64,000 nt of DNA from Gammaproteobacteria bacterium (GTDB taxonomy: Bacteria > Pseudomonadota > Gammaproteobacteria > Natronospirales > REEB76). Location of the stretch: assembly GCA_036263155.1 (NCBI GenBank), contig DATAHN010000085.1, positions 531-64,530 of the forward strand, read 5' to 3'. The position numbers and the translations under genes are program-made. The notes beneath the pieces are model-generated. The model had not been told where the DNA came from. It saw nothing but the letters and a program-made list of their open reading frames with translations, and made no database searches. Shown here piece after piece: positions 11,612 through 22,404 of the stretch (the stretch's first letter is position 1; the number at the start of each line of letters is the position of its first letter).

Positions 11612-12180
11612 TGCGCGCCGCGGCGGCTCTCCTCTGCGCCACCGCATTGCTGGCTCCGGGTGCGAGTTGGGCCAAGCTCGCGAAGCCGGACCCGGAGCTC
11701 GTCGCGCTGGTGCAGCAGGCCGCCCAGGACAAGAGCGAATACCAGGACAAGTACGACGAACAGGTCTGGCTCGCGGACATGTCCCAGCGGCTCGCCGACG
11801 TGGTGCCTGATACGGACGAGCGCGCCCGGCTCCTGAAGATGATCCACGCGGAGGCGAGCCGCGCCGGCCTGCCACCGCAGCTGGTGCTGGCGCTGATCCA
11901 CGTGGAGAGCCGCTTCGATCCCTATGCCGTGTCCCGTGCCGGCGCGGTGGGGCTGATGCAGATCATGCCGTTCTGGCTCAGGCTCATCGGCCGCGAGCAC
12001 GACAGCCTGGTGCACCCCGAGACCAACCTGCGCATGGGCTGCACGATCCTCAAGTACTACCTGGGCAAGACCCACGGCGACATCCGTGCCGCGCTGCAAC
12101 GCTACAACGGGGCCACGGTGGGTATCGACTACTCGGACGCGGTACTGAAGTCGCTCAGCCGCAAGTGGTACTGGGACTGA
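11611..12180 (+). CDS. Lytic transglycosylase (SLT domain), secreted
   Basis: The ATG overlaps the proS stop. There is a signal peptide, and the SLT catalytic region is LIHVESRFDPYAVSRAGAVGLMQIMP. Confidence 0.8.
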   Translation: MRAAAALLCATALLAPGASWAKLAKPDPELVALVQQAAQDKSEYQDKYDEQVWLADMSQRLADVVPDTDERARLLKMIHAEASRAGLPPQLVLALIHVESRFDPYAVSRAGAVGLMQIMPFWLRLIGREHDSLVHPETNLRMGCTILKYYLGKTHGDIRAALQRYNGATVGIDYSDAVLKSLSRKWYWD

Positions 12181-12186
12181 TCCGCT

Positions 12187-12456
12187 TCAGCGCGTGCCGA
12201 AATCCGCAGGCACCGGTTCCGGCTTCACCTCTTCGATCTCCACGCTGTCCACTTTCGCCATGGGCGGACCCTGGTACAGCCAGGCGATGAGCTGCTGCAC
12301 GGTGCCCTCCTCGCCGCAGGCCAGCACCTCGACACGCCCGTCCGGCAGGTTCTTCGCGTAGCCCGTGAGACCGAGCGCCTTGGCACGCTCGGCGGTGCTG
12401 GCTCGGTAGAAGACGCCCTGAACCTTCCCCGATACGAAGCAGCGTTTTGCTATCAC
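12187..12456 (-). CDS. acyP: Acylphosphatase
   Basis: 89 aa. VSGKVQGVFYRASTAERAKALGLTGYAKNLPDGRVEV matches the acylphosphatase signature. Confidence 0.85.
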   Translation of the reverse strand: MIAKRCFVSGKVQGVFYRASTAERAKALGLTGYAKNLPDGRVEVLACGEEGTVQQLIAWLYQGPPMAKVDSVEIEEVKPEPVPADFGTR

Positions 12457-12469
12457 GCATCCATCCTAC

Positions 12470-12500
12470 AAAAGGAAAGGGCCCCTTCGGGGCCCTTTCC
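12470..12500 (-). terminator. Rho-independent terminator downstream of the LysM lipoprotein gene
   Basis: An 11-bp GC-rich stem GGAAAGGGCCC/GGGCCCTTTCC (12474-12500) is followed on the minus strand by TTTT (12470-12473). Confidence 0.7.
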
Positions 12501-12521
12501 GGATCACTCGATCGAGAAGGA

Positions 12522-13274
12522 TTACTTGCTGCCGCCAGCGGCGAACTTCTTGTCCTTCTTGTCCGCGCGGTGACCGCGCCAGGCACCGCGGTGCTTGGCG
12601 TAGTTCACGGCCGCGTCGGAGTCAGCCGCCGTCGGGTTCTTCACGATGTCGAACTGCTGGTCCGGCATGATGAGGTCGGCGTGCTTGATCTTGTCGGTGT
12701 TGGCCTTGTAGATCAGCGGCCACTGGTAGGGGTTGCCGTAGACGTCAGCCTTGCCGGCGATGCGCCACAGGCTGTCGCCGCGCACCACGCTGTAGGTCAT
12801 GTGGGCGGCCTGCAGCTCCGCCACGAGGGCGGCGAGCAGGTCATAGGCGGGCTTGCCCTGGTTGCTGGAGATGTAGGTCCCAGCCTGGGCCAGGCGCGCC
12901 TGCTGGTCGGCGTTCAGGTTCTTGTAGCCCTGGACCTGGGTCTGGAGCTCCTGGGCCTTGGCCAGGTAGCAGCCGTTGATGGCGTCGCCCGCCACCTGCT
13001 TCGCCTGGGCGGCGAGTTGCTGCGCCTTGGCGGCGTCGGTGGCCTGGGCGGCCTGGGCCTGGCTCAGCAGGTCAGCGGCGTTGCCGGTGTCGGTGCAGGG
13101 CGACTGGGCGCCCGCGATCACCGCCTGGGCATCGTTGATGGCCTGGGTGGCGGCGGCGCTGGCCTGGGCAGCGGCCGCGGCGGCCTGGTCGTTCTTGGCC
13201 TTGTTGTTGGCACAACCGGCGAGGGAGCCGGCGACCAGCAACAGCACCGCGGACAGCTTGAGGACGTTCTTCAT
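12522..13274 (-). CDS. LysM domain lipoprotein
   Basis: I placed the start at ATG 13274, which has a GGAGAA RBS upstream; the track start at 13319 was rejected. The lipobox is LVAGSLAGC, followed by an Ala/Gln-rich helical region and a C-terminal LysM domain YSVVRGDSLWRIAGKADVYGNPYQWPLIYKAN. Confidence 0.8.
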   Translation of the reverse strand: MKNVLKLSAVLLLVAGSLAGCANNKAKNDQAAAAAAQASAAATQAINDAQAVIAGAQSPCTDTGNAADLLSQAQAAQATDAAKAQQLAAQAKQVAGDAINGCYLAKAQELQTQVQGYKNLNADQQARLAQAGTYISSNQGKPAYDLLAALVAELQAAHMTYSVVRGDSLWRIAGKADVYGNPYQWPLIYKANTDKIKHADLIMPDQQFDIVKNPTAADSDAAVNYAKHRGAWRGHRADKKDKKFAAGGSK

Positions 13275-13443
13275 ATGGTTCTCCAAACCTCGATTGTTAT
13301 TGTGCGCACGCAGGTCCAAGCCCGCGGCACATCCCAGAAAAGACGCATGATGTGTCGCAAGGTTAACGTCCGGGCGCAGACGGTGTCAAGGAAGCGACAT
13401 CCTTAACATAAGGAAATATCGGGGAAAATGCCGCGAATTGCGA

Positions 13444-13713
13444 CTAGGAACGGCCCGGAACATCCGGTTTCACGCCCAGGGCACGCAACGCCAACTGACG
13501 GGCCAAGCGGGCATCCTCGCGGGCGGTGGAATAGTCCTGTGCGTCGAGGGCGGTCTGGGCCGCCTGCAGGTACTGGCGGGCGCGGATGAGGTCCGGCGAG
13601 GCCGGCTTGTCGGCGAGCGTCTGCTCCGCCGCCGCCACTGCCTGGCGGGCATCGCTCATCTCCTGTACCGGCGCGCCGGCACAGGCGAACAGCAGCAGGA
13701 TGGCGGCGAGCAT
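13444..13713 (-). CDS. DUF4398-like small lipoprotein
   Basis: 89 aa with a signal/lipobox LLLFACAG followed by a helical Ala/Gln-rich region (ARQAVAAAEQ...YLQAAQTALDAQDYSTAREDARLA), as in DUF4398. Confidence 0.6.
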   Translation of the reverse strand: MLAAILLLFACAGAPVQEMSDARQAVAAAEQTLADKPASPDLIRARQYLQAAQTALDAQDYSTAREDARLARQLALRALGVKPDVPGRS

Positions 13714-13892
13714 CGCCGTCAGGCGCAGGCCGCGAGCCGCGATGTGGTGTGCAGTCTCCAGGGGGCGGATACCGTGGTAACCGGAAAAATCGGCGTGAGG
13801 GACGCTATCAGCGCCCGCCGATGCCCGTCAAGCGAGACGGCTTGAGCTATAGTGTTGCCACTTCCGCATCTCGTCCTGCTCCATCCCTGCGT

Positions 13893-15172
<1,280 letters not shown>

Positions 15173-15192
<20 letters not shown>

Positions 15193-15886
15193 ACGCCTTG
15201 ACGAACGGGACGGTGACCTTGCGCTGTGCCACCAGTGAGGCGGTGTCGAGCGCATCCAGCGTGGCGCAGAGGGTGCTCATGTCCCGTTGCAGGCGGTTGA
15301 GCAGGAACACCGCGGTGTCCTCCGGCAGCTCGAAGCCGCGACGCTGCGCGCGCTGCTGCAGCGCAACGATCTTGTCTTCGTCCGACAGCGGCTCCAGGTG
15401 ATACACCGGGCCCCAGGACAGACGCGACACCAGGTCCGGCAGCAGGCGCTTGATGGCGGAGGGCGCGCTGCGGGCGCTGACGACGAAGGTCCCGCCCATT
15501 TGTTTGATGCCGTCGATGAGCGTCAGTAGCGCCCGCTGCCAGGGTTCGACGCCGGCGGTGCGCTGCACGTCGTCCACGCAGACGAAGGCGTAGCGCTCGA
15601 AGCCTTCCACCGCGGAAGGGTCCAGCAGCACCGCCTGGTCCATGGGGAGGTAGATGGCGCGCCGCTCGGCAGCGAGCGCGGCGCGGAACGCGGCCTGCAG
15701 CAGATGAGTCTTGCCGGTGCCGCCGGCGCCATGCAGGAAAAGCACGGGGGTACCCGACTTGAGCGCGGCCTCGCGCAGGGCCTGGATGGCCGCGGCATTG
15801 GGGCCGGCGAAGATGCCGTCGAAATCCGAGCCGCCCTCCAGCACCATGGGCAGCGGCAGCTGCCCCTCCAGCACCGGTCCGCTCAT
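15173..15886 (-). CDS. hda: DnaA regulatory inactivator Hda
   Basis: I placed the start at ATG 15886 (MSGPVLEGQLPLP), which overlaps the perM stop (ATGA). The AAA+ Walker A is LFLHGAGGTGKTHLLQA and the C-terminus is DnaA-like. The track ORF extension to 16396 was rejected. Confidence 0.85.
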
Positions 15887-16986
15887 CCGGATTCGCCGTC
15901 GCCGCCACCATCGCCGCGGTAGAGGTCGCTCTGGTCGCCGCGGTAGATGTCGCTCTGCAGGTAGCGCTCCTGGGCGTGGCGCACGAACACGGTGCCGGCG
16001 GCTGCCACCGGCAGCGCCAACAGCACGCCCACGAAGCCGAACAGCTCGCCGCCCGCGAGGATGGTGAAGATCACCAGCACCGGGTGCAAGCCGATGCGGC
16101 CGCCCACTAGGCGCGGCGTGAGCACGAAGCCTTCCATGCCATGGCCCACGGCGAACACGATCAGCACCCACAGGGGCAGCCAGCCGTCGCCGTCCTGCAG
16201 CACCGCCGAGGACAGGCCGAGCAACACGCCGATGCTGATGCCGAGATAGGGCACGAAGCTCAGGAGGCCCGCGATCACGCCCACCGCGATGCCGCCCTCC
16301 AGCCCCACCGCGGTGAGGCCGATGCTGTAGATGACCGCGAGCGAGGCCATGACCAGCAGCTGGCCGCGGAAGAACGCCGCCAGCACGCCCTCGCACTCCA
16401 CGGCGATGCTGCAGATAGCTTCCTTGTGGTCGCGCGGCAGGAGGCTCGCCACCCGCGCCTTGAAGATGTCCCAGTCACGCAGCCAGTAGAAGGTGATCAC
16501 CGGCACCAGCAGGATGCTGATGACGGCGGTGAAGATGAGCTTGCCGGAGTGGGTGATGGCGGTGAAGGTATTGCTGGCGAGCGCGCCGGCGTTGGCGAAG
16601 TTCTCGGTGGCGACGCCCGAGAGGCGCTCCAGGCGCAGGCGCGAGGGCTCCACGTGCAGGTGCGTAGCGAGCCAGGGGGTGGCGATGTCGGTGTACCAGG
16701 CATAGAACTTCGGCGCCCGGGTGGTGATGGCGGTGACCTCGTGGCCGATCATCGGGCCGACCAGCAGCACCAGCAACGCGATGATGATGAAGGTTGCGAA
16801 GAACACCATCGTCACCGCGAGGCCACGGGGGAACTTCCAGGCCTCGAGCCGGTCGGCCACCGGATCGCCGAGCCAGGCCAGCAGTGCGCTGATGATGAAT
16901 GGCGTGAGGATGGGCCCCAGGGTATAGAGCAACGCCAGCACGGCGATGACGCCGGCCAGGATCCAGAGGCGGCCTTCGGTGGTCAT
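15883..16986 (-). CDS. AI-2E family transporter (PerM/YhhT-like permease)
   Basis: 367 aa with about 8 TM segments. The architecture and conserved C-terminal region (GGELFGFVGVLLALP) are typical of AI-2E/PerM proteins. Confidence 0.85.
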   Translation of the reverse strand: MTTEGRLWILAGVIAVLALLYTLGPILTPFIISALLAWLGDPVADRLEAWKFPRGLAVTMVFFATFIIIALLVLLVGPMIGHEVTAITTRAPKFYAWYTDIATPWLATHLHVEPSRLRLERLSGVATENFANAGALASNTFTAITHSGKLIFTAVISILLVPVITFYWLRDWDIFKARVASLLPRDHKEAICSIAVECEGVLAAFFRGQLLVMASLAVIYSIGLTAVGLEGGIAVGVIAGLLSFVPYLGISIGVLLGLSSAVLQDGDGWLPLWVLIVFAVGHGMEGFVLTPRLVGGRIGLHPVLVIFTILAGGELFGFVGVLLALPVAAAGTVFVRHAQERYLQSDIYRGDQSDLYRGDGGGDGESG

Positions 16987-18098
16987 GGCACGTAGCTGTA
17001 GCGCAGCGCGGTGACGGATGCCGGCGCCATGCCGGTGGCGGCCACCGGTGCGGGCGCCGGGGCCGCGGCGAGCATGCCGCCCAGCGCCAGCGCGGACTGC
17101 AGGTTGGGTACGCTGCCGTGGATGTCCACGCTGTAGAACACGCTGCCTTGGGCTACGCGCTGCACGTGCACCGCGCGCACTGGCGTGAGGGTGTTGAGGT
17201 AGGCGAGCACTTTGGCGTAGGCGTCGAGGCTGGTTATGCCGTCCACCTCCAGTGCCACGCCGTCCTGGTCTTGGGCATTGGGCACGATGGCATAGCGCTC
17301 CGCGAAGCGGTCAGCCGCGGTCTGCACGCCGTCCACCGCCACCACCGCCTCGTCTCCAGGCGGCGAGTCCCAGGTCTCGGGATGGTCCGCCGGCATGAGC
17401 TGCCAGCGGCCGAGGTACTGGCCGCCGCCGGCCGAACCCAGGCTCCCTACCAGCAGCGCGTCGGCGCGGTAGCGGGTGGAGGCTTGGGCGAGGCGATCGG
17501 CATTGAAGCCCACCACGTCCGGCACGCCGACGGCGGCGCGGTCGGGCCCATCCATCTGCGGGAACACCAGCACGATACCGCGCTGCTCCGCGGCAGTGAG
17601 GAGCGCCTGCATGAGCGGGCTGCCGTCGCCCGCGGTGAGGATGCGGCCGCCGGGCGCATCCGGCAGCGCCAACCACACCAGCGTGCGCGGACGCTCGGCA
17701 CCCCAAAGCGGCGCGTGGGCCGCCTGCAGCGCCTTGGCGATCACGCCGGCGTCGAACTTGGCCCACAGCAGGAGGCCGGGGAGCGAGCCCGGCACGGCGG
17801 GATCCGCAGGCACCTGCTCGTAACGGTACTGCTGGATGTACTGGCTGGGACTGCCCAGGCTCGCGGCGAGGGAGTCCATGGCGGCCCGGTTGCCGGTGAC
17901 CTTCACCAGCACCGCGTCGAAGGCCTGCTGCAGCGCTGCATTGCGCTGCAGCGTGGACTGGTCCGTCACCGGCACGCGCGCCTCGTAGAGACCGCCCATC
18001 AGCGCGGCGCGCGCGGGCATGGCAGCGAGCCAGAGCGCGGCGGCGAGGAGGCAAGAGAGGACGCGGAGCGGGTTCTTCACGGGCATATTCTCGGGCAT
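16983..18098 (-). CDS. DUF2066 domain secreted protein
   Basis: 371 aa with a signal peptide (LLAAALWLAAMPARA). It is divergent from purM, which is the usual position of DUF2066 (from memory). Confidence 0.6.
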   Translation of the reverse strand: MPENMPVKNPLRVLSCLLAAALWLAAMPARAALMGGLYEARVPVTDQSTLQRNAALQQAFDAVLVKVTGNRAAMDSLAASLGSPSQYIQQYRYEQVPADPAVPGSLPGLLLWAKFDAGVIAKALQAAHAPLWGAERPRTLVWLALPDAPGGRILTAGDGSPLMQALLTAAEQRGIVLVFPQMDGPDRAAVGVPDVVGFNADRLAQASTRYRADALLVGSLGSAGGGQYLGRWQLMPADHPETWDSPPGDEAVVAVDGVQTAADRFAERYAIVPNAQDQDGVALEVDGITSLDAYAKVLAYLNTLTPVRAVHVQRVAQGSVFYSVDIHGSVPNLQSALALGGMLAAAPAPAPVAATGMAPASVTALRYSYVP

Positions 18099-18189
18099 CC
18101 AGCGGGTCGAATGAGGGCTCGTGTAGAATATACCGTCTCAAGCCGCCGTCCTGCGAGCGGTTTTACCGCCTGAAGACCCGGAAAGCCCC

Positions 18190-19218
18190 ATGACCGCGAA
18201 AAAACCCCTCACCTACCGTGATGCCGGCGTGGACATCGACGCGGGCGACGAGCTGGTGGAACGCATCAAGCCCGCCGCCAAGCGCACCCAGCGCCCCGAG
18301 GTGCTCGGGGGACTGGGCGGCTTCGGCGCCCTGGTGGAGCTGCCCGCCAAGTACAAGCAGCCGGTGCTGGTCTCGGGCACCGATGGCGTCGGTACCAAGC
18401 TCAAGCTCGCCATCGACAGCGGCCGCCACGGCACCATCGGCCAGGACCTGGTCGGCATGTGCGTAAACGACGTGGTGGTGCAGGGCGCGGAGCCCTTGTT
18501 CTTCCTCGACTACTACGCCACCGGCAAGCTCGACGTGGAGACCGCCGCCGACGTGATCAACGGCATCGCCAAAGGCTGCGAGCTCGCGGGCTGCGCGCTG
18601 GTGGGCGGTGAGACGGCGGAGTTGCCCGGCATGTACCAGGGCGAGGACTACGACCTCGCCGGCTTCGCCGTGGGCGTGGTGGAGAAGGCGAAGATCATCG
18701 ACGGCACGAAGGTCAAGGACGGCGATGCGCTCATCGGCCTCGCCTCCTCCGGACCCCACTCCAACGGTTACTCGCTGATCCGCAAGGTGCTGGCGGTGTC
18801 CGGCGCGAGCTTCGAGCAGCGCATCGATGGCCGCTCGCTCATCGACCGGCTCATGGAGCCGACCCGCATCTACGTGAAGCCCCTGCTCAAGCTGCTGGAC
18901 GAGGTGCCGGTGCACGCCTTCGCCCACATCACCGGCGGCGGGCTCACCGAGAATATCCCGCGCGTGCTGCCGGAGGGCCTGGGCGTCGAGATCGACGCGA
19001 AGAGCTGGCCGCGGCCGGCGCTGTTCGAGTGGCTCATGCAGGAAGGCAACATCGCGCTCCCGGAGATGCACCGCACCTTCAACATGGGTCTGGGCATGGT
19101 GGCAGTGGTGGACGCGGCCGATGCGGACCGCACCCTGGCCGCACTCAAGGCCGCCGGCGAGGAAGCCTGGCGCATCGGCCGCGTGGCCCGCGGCACCGAC
19201 GGCGTCGTCATCCGCTGA
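18190..19218 (+). CDS. purM: Phosphoribosylformylglycinamidine cyclo-ligase (AIR synthase)
   Basis: 342 aa. [10 protein letters not shown] and [12 protein letters not shown] are present and the protein is PurM-like over its full length. Confidence 0.95.
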   Translation: MTAKKPLTYRDAGVDIDAGDELVERIKPAAKRTQRPEVLGGLGGFGALVELPAKYKQPVLVSGTDGVGTKLKLAIDSGRHGTIGQDLVGMCVNDVVVQGAEPLFFLDYYATGKLDVETAADVINGIAKGCELAGCALVGGETAELPGMYQGEDYDLAGFAVGVVEKAKIIDGTKVKDGDALIGLASSGPHSNGYSLIRKVLAVSGASFEQRIDGRSLIDRLMEPTRIYVKPLLKLLDEVPVHAFAHITGGGLTENIPRVLPEGLGVEIDAKSWPRPALFEWLMQEGNIALPEMHRTFNMGLGMVAVVDAADADRTLAALKAAGEEAWRIGRVARGTDGVVIR

Positions 19219-19868
19219 TGTCCTCCCTGCCGGTGGTGGTGCTGGCCTCGGGCCACGGCAGCAACCTCCAGGCGATCCTCGACCAATCCAGCCGGTTCGG
19301 TTATGAGGTGCGCGCGGTGCTGAGCGACCGCGCCCGTGCCACCGCGCTCGAGCGCGCCCGCGCCGCCGGCGTGGCGGCGGAGACGGTGCTGGCGAAGGAA
19401 TATCCGGACCGCGCCACCTACGACGCCGCGCTGGCGGAACGCATAGACCGCCATTCTCCCGGCCTCCTGGTGCTAGCCGGGTTCATGCGCATCCTGACTC
19501 CCGCGTTCGTGCAGCGCTACCAGGACCGGATGCTCAACATCCACCCTTCCCTGCTGCCCAAATACCGGGGCCTCGACACCCACCGCCGGGCGCTGGCGGC
19601 GGGAGAAACGTCGCATGGCTGCAGCGTGCACTTCGTCACAGAGGAGTTGGACGCCGGGGCGGTGGTGGCCCAGGCGCCGGTACCGGTCAGGAAAGATGAC
19701 GACGAGGTGACATTGCGTGTACGCGTCCAGGCCCGGGAGCACGTTATATACCCCGAGGTAATCGGCTGGTACGCCAGCGGGCGGCTGCGGCTCGCCGGCG
19801 GACATGTCATGTTTGACGGTGCGCCGCTCAGCGTGCCAAAAATATTCTCCTGGCAGGAACAGGAATAG
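19218..19868 (+). CDS. purN: Phosphoribosylglycinamide formyltransferase
   Basis: The ATG at 19218 overlaps the purM stop. VVLASGHGSNLQAI, LAGFMRILTP and NIHPSLLPKYRGL are present. The track ORF start at 19029 was rejected. Confidence 0.9.
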   Translation: MSSLPVVVLASGHGSNLQAILDQSSRFGYEVRAVLSDRARATALERARAAGVAAETVLAKEYPDRATYDAALAERIDRHSPGLLVLAGFMRILTPAFVQRYQDRMLNIHPSLLPKYRGLDTHRRALAAGETSHGCSVHFVTEELDAGAVVAQAPVPVRKDDDEVTLRVRVQAREHVIYPEVIGWYASGRLRLAGGHVMFDGAPLSVPKIFSWQEQE

Positions 19869-19878
19869 AGAGACGGCC

Positions 19879-20613
19879 ATGAACAAGCTTTCCGTGACGC
19901 TTCTGGCGATGGGCCTGACGGCGGCAGGCGCCGCGCTCGCCGATGAGAACGTGCTGACACCGTTCCGCGCCGATTACTCGCTGCAACGCAACAGCCTGGG
20001 GCTCGGCACGTCCAGCTTCACCCTCAGCCGCGACGGCGACGGCTATCTCTACAAGTCCGCCGCCCACGCCAGCGGGCTCGCCTCGCTGTTCTCGAGCTCG
20101 ACCATCACCCAGGAGAGCCGCTTCACGCTGGTGGACGGGCGGCCCCGCGCCGCCTCCTACCGTTACGAGGACAGCGGCAAGTCCCAGGACGCGGAATCCA
20201 TCCGTTTCGACTGGGACAAGCGCAGCGCCACCACCGAGGAAAACGGCCAGCAGAAGGCCAAGCCGCTGACGCCGGACACCAGCGATGTGCAGCTCATCCA
20301 GCTGATGCTTGCAGCGGACGTGGCCGCAGGAAAGGTGGAGGACGATTACCGGCTGCTGGACCACGGACAGATCACGGGCTATACGGCGAAGCCGCTGCCG
20401 GACGCGGCCCTCAAGGCGGCCGGGAAGACCTATTCGACCAAGGTGGTGCAGCTGAACAACGCCGAGCGGGGCCGCACCATCACCGTGTGGCTGGCGCCGG
20501 AGCTGCACTACCTGCCGGTGCAGATCCAGCAGGCCCAGACCGGCAAGGCCACCATCACGCTCACGCTGCAGAAGGCGACGTTCGACGCCGGATCCCTTTC
20601 CGCCAGAAACTGA
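19879..20613 (+). CDS. DUF3108 domain secreted protein
   Basis: I placed the start at ATG 19879, which gives a signal peptide MNKLSVTLLAMGLTAAGAALA. The protein is beta-rich and follows purN, as DUF3108 commonly does (from memory). Confidence 0.6.
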   Translation: MNKLSVTLLAMGLTAAGAALADENVLTPFRADYSLQRNSLGLGTSSFTLSRDGDGYLYKSAAHASGLASLFSSSTITQESRFTLVDGRPRAASYRYEDSGKSQDAESIRFDWDKRSATTEENGQQKAKPLTPDTSDVQLIQLMLAADVAAGKVEDDYRLLDHGQITGYTAKPLPDAALKAAGKTYSTKVVQLNNAERGRTITVWLAPELHYLPVQIQQAQTGKATITLTLQKATFDAGSLSARN

Positions 20614-21177
20614 TCAGGTTTTTGGAAGCGTGACGCCCTGCTGGCCCTGATATTTGCCGCCCCTGTCCTTGTAAGAGGTCTCGCAGACCTCATCCGACTC
20701 GAAGAACAGCATCTGCGCCACGCCCTCGTTGGCGTAGATCTTCGCGGGCAGCGGCGTGGTATTCGAGAACTCCAGCGTCACGTGCCCCTCCCACTCCGGC
20801 TCCAACGGCGTGACGTTCACGATGATGCCGCAGCGGGCATAGGTGGACTTGCCCAGGCAGACCGTGAGCACGCTACGCGGGATGCGGAAGAACTCCACGG
20901 TGCGGGCCAGCGCGAAGGAGTTGGGCGGGATCACGCAGCAGTCGCCCTTGAAGTCCACGAAGCTGCGTGCGTCGAAGGCCTTGGGGTCGACGATGGTGCT
21001 GTTGATGTTCGTGAAGATCTTGAACTCGTCGGCGCAGCGCACGTCGTAGCCGTAGCTGGAGGTGCCGTAGGAGACGATCTTGCCGCCCTTGGCCTCACGC
21101 ACCTGGCCGGCCTCGAAGGGCTCGATCATGCCCTTGGTGGCCATGCGGCGGATCCACTTGTCTGCTTTGATGCTCAT
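20614..21177 (-). CDS. dcd: dCTP deaminase
   Basis: 187 aa. [24 protein letters not shown] and [14 protein letters not shown] are classic Dcd motifs. Confidence 0.95.
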   Translation of the reverse strand: MSIKADKWIRRMATKGMIEPFEAGQVREAKGGKIVSYGTSSYGYDVRCADEFKIFTNINSTIVDPKAFDARSFVDFKGDCCVIPPNSFALARTVEFFRIPRSVLTVCLGKSTYARCGIIVNVTPLEPEWEGHVTLEFSNTTPLPAKIYANEGVAQMLFFESDEVCETSYKDRGGKYQGQQGVTLPKT

Positions 21178-21210
21178 CCCTTGGCTCTCTCTATCAATAT
21201 ATGAGTGAGT

Positions 21211-22281
21211 TCAATCTTCGATGACGATCTTGGGGAAAGCCCCGGCGTAGTCCTTCCCCGCCAGCGCCAGCTGGGCCGCAGTACGGCGCGCTATCTCCCT
21301 ATAGCGGGTGGCGATTGTACCCCGGGGCTCGGCCGCCACGGTGGGGTTGCCGGCGTCCGCCTGCTCGCGGATGGAGAGGTCCAGGGGCAGGCTGCCCAGG
21401 AACGGCACCTGGTACTGGGCCGCAAGGCTCTCGCCGCCGCCGCTGCCGAAGATGTGCTCCTCGTGGCCGCAGTTCGTGCACACGTGGGTGCTCATGTTCT
21501 CCACCACGCCGAGGATGCTCACCTCGACTTTCTGGAACATCTTCAGGCCCTTGCGGGCATCCAGCAGCGCGATCTCCTGCGGCGTGGTGACGATGACGGC
21601 GCCGGAGACCGGCACGTGCTGGGAGAGGGTGAGTTGGATATCGCCGGTGCCGGGCGGCATGTCCACGATGAGGTAATCGAGCTCGCCCCACAGGGTGTCG
21701 CGGATGAGCTGCACCAGCGCCTGGGTGACCATAGGGCCGCGCCAGACCATGGGTTGTTCCGCGTCGATCAGGAAGCCGATGGACATGCATCTCACGCCGT
21801 GGCCGATGAGGGGCTCGATGTGCTTGCCATCCCTGCTGGTGGGCCGCCCGGAGAGACCGAGCATGCGCGGCTGGCTGGGGCCGTAGATGTCCGCGTCCAG
21901 CATGCCCACCGCGGCGCCGTCCGCCGCGAGCGCCAGGGCGAGGTTCACGGCCACGGTGGACTTGCCGACGCCGCCCTTGCCCGAGGCTACGGCGATGACG
22001 TTCTTCACGCCCTTGAGCGGGGTGAGGTTGCGCTGCACGGCGTGGGAGAGGATGGCGCTCGTGACCCGCACCTCGGCGTCGATGCCTGCCTTGGACAGGA
22101 GTTCCCGCACGGTGGCAGCGAGCTCGTCGCGGTAGCTGCCCAGGGGGAAACCCAGCTCCAGCTCGATCCGGCCGCCTTCGACGGCGCGCAAGGCGCCGGC
22201 GGACACCAAATCCGTGCCCAAGTGGGGTTCGGTCCAGCCTTTGAGGGCCGCTTCGACGCGGTCCCGGGTGACGGTGCTCAT
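21211..22281 (-). CDS. apbC: Iron-sulfur cluster carrier ATPase ApbC/Mrp
   Basis: I chose the start at ATG 22281 (MSTVTRDRVEAAL). The deviant Walker A is VASGKGGVGKST and the CxxC motif is HVCTNCGHEEHIFG. It is divergent from metG, as in enterics. Confidence 0.9.
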   Translation of the reverse strand: MSTVTRDRVEAALKGWTEPHLGTDLVSAGALRAVEGGRIELELGFPLGSYRDELAATVRELLSKAGIDAEVRVTSAILSHAVQRNLTPLKGVKNVIAVASGKGGVGKSTVAVNLALALAADGAAVGMLDADIYGPSQPRMLGLSGRPTSRDGKHIEPLIGHGVRCMSIGFLIDAEQPMVWRGPMVTQALVQLIRDTLWGELDYLIVDMPPGTGDIQLTLSQHVPVSGAVIVTTPQEIALLDARKGLKMFQKVEVSILGVVENMSTHVCTNCGHEEHIFGSGGGESLAAQYQVPFLGSLPLDLSIREQADAGNPTVAAEPRGTIATRYREIARRTAAQLALAGKDYAGAFPKIVIED

Positions 22282-22404
22282 GGATGATCGCGCGGGTTCG
22301 ATGGCGGCGCATTCTAGCACTTAGCTTCCGGGCCCCAAGGCTGGCGCGGGGCCTATGGCATAATTGCTTTTCAGCCCCAAGAAGACCGCCAAAAGCACCC
22401 GTCC

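Noticed and set aside
9596-11875. 759-aa minus-strand ORF covering proS
   Set aside because: It is antisense to a full-length, motif-bearing prolyl-tRNA synthetase. Its composition is low-complexity (R/A/G/L/H) and no domain is recognisable.
12990-13210. GC-rich quasi-repetitive GCC/GCG stretch
   Set aside because: It encodes the Ala/Gln-rich helical region of the LysM lipoprotein. It has no regular repeat-spacer structure.
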